Positions 61,093-64,000 of a stretch of 64,000 nucleotides of DNA are shown in pieces (position 1 is the first letter of the stretch; every line of letters begins with the position of its first letter). The notes under the pieces were generated by a model that had not been told where the DNA came from, made no database searches, and worked only from the letters and a program-made list of their open reading frames with translations. Both the position numbers and the translations under genes were made by a program. Origin of the DNA: Caulobacter sp. UNC279MFTsu5.1 (GTDB lineage Bacteria; Pseudomonadota; Alphaproteobacteria; Caulobacterales; Caulobacteraceae); assembly GCF_900114015.1 (NCBI RefSeq), contig NZ_FORN01000007.1, positions 1 through 64,000 on the forward strand, read 5' to 3'.

Positions 61093-61572
61093 ATGTCCGT
61101 CGCCATTCGTCCCGCCGTCCGCGAGGACAGCGCCCTGATCCTGCAGTTCATCCGCGACCTGGCCGAGTACGAGAAGTTGCTCGACGACGTGCGGGCGACG
61201 CAGGACGACGTCACGGTGGCGCTGTTCGGCGAAAATCCCAAGGCCTTCTGCGACATCGCCGAGATCGACGGCCGGCCCGTGGGCTTCGCCCTGTGGTTCT
61301 ACAACTTCTCGACCTTCGTCGGCCGGCACGGGATCTATCTGGAGGACCTGTTCGTGCGGCCGGAGGCGCGCGGCTCCGGCGCGGGGAAGGCGCTGCTGGC
61401 CAATCTGGCCAGGCGCTGCGTCGACGAGAACCTGGGCCGGCTGGAATGGGCCGTGCTCGACTGGAACGCCCCGTCGATCGCCTTCTACGACAGCCTGGGC
61501 GCGGCGGCGATGGACGAGTGGATCGTGCGGCGGATGACGGGCGAGGCGCTGGCGAGGTTGGCGGGGCGGTGA
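61093..61572 (+). CDS. GNAT-family N-acetyltransferase
   Basis: Acetyl-CoA-binding motif (LFVRPEARGSGAGKALL). Its ATG directly abuts the tfoX start (CATATG). Confidence 0.75.
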   Translation: MSVAIRPAVREDSALILQFIRDLAEYEKLLDDVRATQDDVTVALFGENPKAFCDIAEIDGRPVGFALWFYNFSTFVGRHGIYLEDLFVRPEARGSGAGKALLANLARRCVDENLGRLEWAVLDWNAPSIAFYDSLGAAAMDEWIVRRMTGEALARLAGR

Positions 61573-61583
61573 ACCCGGGACGC

Positions 61584-62807
61584 CTATTCCAGCCGGTCCG
61601 CCTTCCGCAGCTCCGGGAACATCCTCGCCCAGGCGCCGGTCACCAGCAGCGCCCCGACGCCGCCGAAGATCGCCGCGCCGACCGGGCCCAGGAACCGCGC
61701 GGCGACGCCGCTCTCGAACTCGCCCAGCTCGTTGGAGGCGCTGATGAACAGGCCCGAGACGGCGGCGACCCGGCCGCGCATCGGGTCGGGCGTGACCAAC
61801 TGCACCAGGGTCTGGCGGATATAGACCGAGACCATGTCGGCCCCGCCCAGCACCGCTAGGGCGGCCACCGACAGCCACATCCATTGCGACAGGCCGAACA
61901 CCACCGTCGCCGCGCCGAACACCGCCACGGCGCCGAACATCAGCAGGCCGGCGCGACGACGGATCTGATGGCTGGCCAGGACGACCGCCACCACGGTGGC
62001 GCCGACGGCCGGCGCGGCGCGCAGGATCCCGAAGCCCTCGGCCCCGACATGCAGCACGTCGCGGGCGAACACCGGCAGCAGGGCGGTGGCCCCGCCCAGC
62101 AACACGGCGAACAGGTCCAGCGAGATCGAGCCGAAGACGATCTTGTTGCGCCAGGTATAGACTAGGCCTTCCTTGATCAGCGTCCAGCGTGAGCCGGGCT
62201 GCACCACCGGCTTGGTCGACTGGCGGATGCCCAGCAGGCACAGGCCGCCCAGCAGGAACAGGCCCGCCGAGGCGCCGAACGCCGTGGCCGGCGAGATGGC
62301 GCACAGCAGGCCGCCCAGGGCCGGGCCGATGATCGAGGCGCTCTGCCACGACAGCGAGTTCCAGGCGATGGCGCGGGGCAGCAGCGGGCGAGGCACCAGC
62401 ATCGGGCCCATGGCGCTGGAGGCCGGCGACAGGAAGGCGCGCCCAGCTCCGAACAGCACGGCGATGGCGAAGATCGGCCACAGGGCCGTGTGTCCCGACC
62501 AGGCCAGGAGGCCCAGAGACCCGGCGCAGACGATGTCGACGCCGATCGCGGCGGTCATGATCGCCCGGCGGTCATGGCGGTCGGCGGTCTCGCCGGCGGT
62601 CAGGGCCAGGAAGAACAGCGGGATGAACTGGGCCAGGCCCACCATGCCCAGCAGGAAGGCGCCCTGGCCTTCGTTGTGGCCGGTCTCGCGGGCCAGGGTG
62701 TAGACCTGCCAGCCGATCGTCACCCCCTGGATCTGCACAGCCAGGGTGGCGACGAAGCGCGCGGTCCAGAAGAACAGGAAGTCGGTCTGCCGCAGCAGGG
62801 CGCGCAT
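61584..62807 (-). CDS. MFS transporter
   Basis: Twelve predicted TM helices. The start was chosen at MRALLRQTDFLFFW because a GGAGG precedes it; the ORF extends in frame to 62960. Confidence 0.7.
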   Translation of the reverse strand: MRALLRQTDFLFFWTARFVATLAVQIQGVTIGWQVYTLARETGHNEGQGAFLLGMVGLAQFIPLFFLALTAGETADRHDRRAIMTAAIGVDIVCAGSLGLLAWSGHTALWPIFAIAVLFGAGRAFLSPASSAMGPMLVPRPLLPRAIAWNSLSWQSASIIGPALGGLLCAISPATAFGASAGLFLLGGLCLLGIRQSTKPVVQPGSRWTLIKEGLVYTWRNKIVFGSISLDLFAVLLGGATALLPVFARDVLHVGAEGFGILRAAPAVGATVVAVVLASHQIRRRAGLLMFGAVAVFGAATVVFGLSQWMWLSVAALAVLGGADMVSVYIRQTLVQLVTPDPMRGRVAAVSGLFISASNELGEFESGVAARFLGPVGAAIFGGVGALLVTGAWARMFPELRKADRLE

Positions 62808-63137
62808 GGACGTGTCCCCCTCCTGCTTTGGCGCTTCGAGGGCCGAAGGGACGGAGTCGGGGTCGGAGGGGAGGTCGCTCATCGCGGCGGACCATGTCCC
62901 CCGATGAGCGTCGCCGCAATCGAGTTTGTTTGATGCGACAGTTGATTTCATTGACGCCACGCGCCCCAGGCCCTATTTCGCGCCCTCCAACGGAAGGGAA
63001 GGCCGTCATGCGACGCCTGCGACGAACCTGCGCCGCGCGGACCGGAGTCCGCGTCTAACGCCCCGGAGGCGGCCGTCTCGGCCGCGTCACGATCCGGGGC
63101 TATGTCCCCCTTTCGTGTTCCGGATCGTTTAGCGCCC

Positions 63138-63671
63138 ATGTCGTCTTCCGCCGTCGCCCCTTCGCCGCCATCGCCCTCCGCCTTGGCGCCCGCCATCTCG
63201 ATCGAGCGGCCCGAGCACGCCCGCGCCGTGGAGGCGCTGGTCGACCGCGCCTTCGGGCCGGGCCGGTTCGCCAAGTCGTCCGAGCGCCTGCGCGAGGGCA
63301 ACCGCAAGCTGGACGACTGCTCGTTCGTGGCCCTGCACGAGGGCCGGGTGATCGGCAGCGTGCGGCTGTGGCCGGTGACGGTGGGCGGCGCGCCCGCCGC
63401 CTTCCTCGGTCCCCTGGCCGTCGACGCCGACGAGCGCCGGCACGGCCTGGGCCAGGCTCTGGTCGAGGCGGCCTGCGAGGCGGCGGCCAAGGCCGGCTGG
63501 CGCGCGGTGCTGCTGGTCGGCGACGCCCCCTATTTCGGCCGCGTCGGCTTCGCGGCCGGGCCGGCCGCCCAGGCGATCATGCCCGGCCCCGCCGATCAGC
63601 GCCGGGTGCTGGTCAAGGCCCTGGTCGAGGGCGGCGACGCGGGGCTGGTCGGGCCGATCCGGATCGGCTGA
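63138..63671 (+). CDS. GNAT-family N-acetyltransferase
   Basis: [40 protein letters not shown]. Start at 63138 or 63102. Confidence 0.65.
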   Translation: MSSSAVAPSPPSPSALAPAISIERPEHARAVEALVDRAFGPGRFAKSSERLREGNRKLDDCSFVALHEGRVIGSVRLWPVTVGGAPAAFLGPLAVDADERRHGLGQALVEAACEAAAKAGWRAVLLVGDAPYFGRVGFAAGPAAQAIMPGPADQRRVLVKALVEGGDAGLVGPIRIG

Positions 63672-63729
63672 AGGGCCGGAGGGGGCCTGCGGCGCTTGAG
63701 CCCGACGCCCGCTTGCCCTACCTGAACCT

Positions 63730-64000
63730 GATGACCGTCGATCCCACATCCTCCGGCCTCGCGGGTGTCACCGCCGCGGCCGCGAGCGCGGGCGAGCGCG
63801 GCCTGCCGCCGGTGCATTTGTGGCATCCGGAGCACTGCGGCGACATCGACATCCGCATCCGCAAGGACGGGGTCTGGTTCCACGAGGGGACGCCGATCGG
63901 CCGCGAGGCCCTGGTGCGCCTGTTCTCGACCGTGCTGCGGCTGGACCCGGACGGCTACCACCTGGTCACGCCGGTCGAGAAGCTGAAGATCCAGGTCGAG
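63730..64000 (+). CDS. DUF1285-domain protein (3' end truncated by the window edge)
   Basis: MTVDPTSS ... [59 protein letters not shown]. Confidence 0.55.

Overview
This is a high-GC (~68-70%) segment of an alphaproteobacterial chromosome; the gene content and synteny look Caulobacterales-like, which I infer from protein families only. It is almost entirely coding on both strands, with about 70 protein genes. I saw no rRNA, tRNA, CRISPR array or obvious prophage. The main blocks are: a flotillin-like gene; an oxygen-response locus in which cydD-cydC-fixL-fixJ sit head-to-tail on the minus strand, apparently as one operon, followed by fixK; this is divergent from cydA-cydB-cydX, with a perfect FNR/FixK box (TTGATCCGGATCAA) in the shared promoter, and an orphan cheW downstream; rpmH-rnpA-yidC-engB; a TetR/FMO/esterase trio; an sdaA / M28 peptidase / alpha-beta hydrolase / threonine dehydratase cluster; purA; a membrane hybrid histidine kinase, an unknown 381-aa protein and an atypical (Asp->Glu) receiver protein just upstream of a TonB-dependent receptor; rpoH; pth-rplY-(lipoprotein)-prs; pgeF-methyltransferase-lgt; ubiK, ybjN, proC; ArsR-AHSA1 and MarR-enoyl-CoA hydratase pairs with a shared operator-like palindrome motif; two SDRs, a TfoX-like gene, two GNATs and an MFS transporter. 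The ORF track missed two small genes (cydX, rpmH). Intergenic regions contain at least four families of palindromic REP/MITE-like repeats, and one repeat unit appears to be inserted in frame inside cydC. Coordinates of short features were counted by eye and may be off by a few nucleotides.
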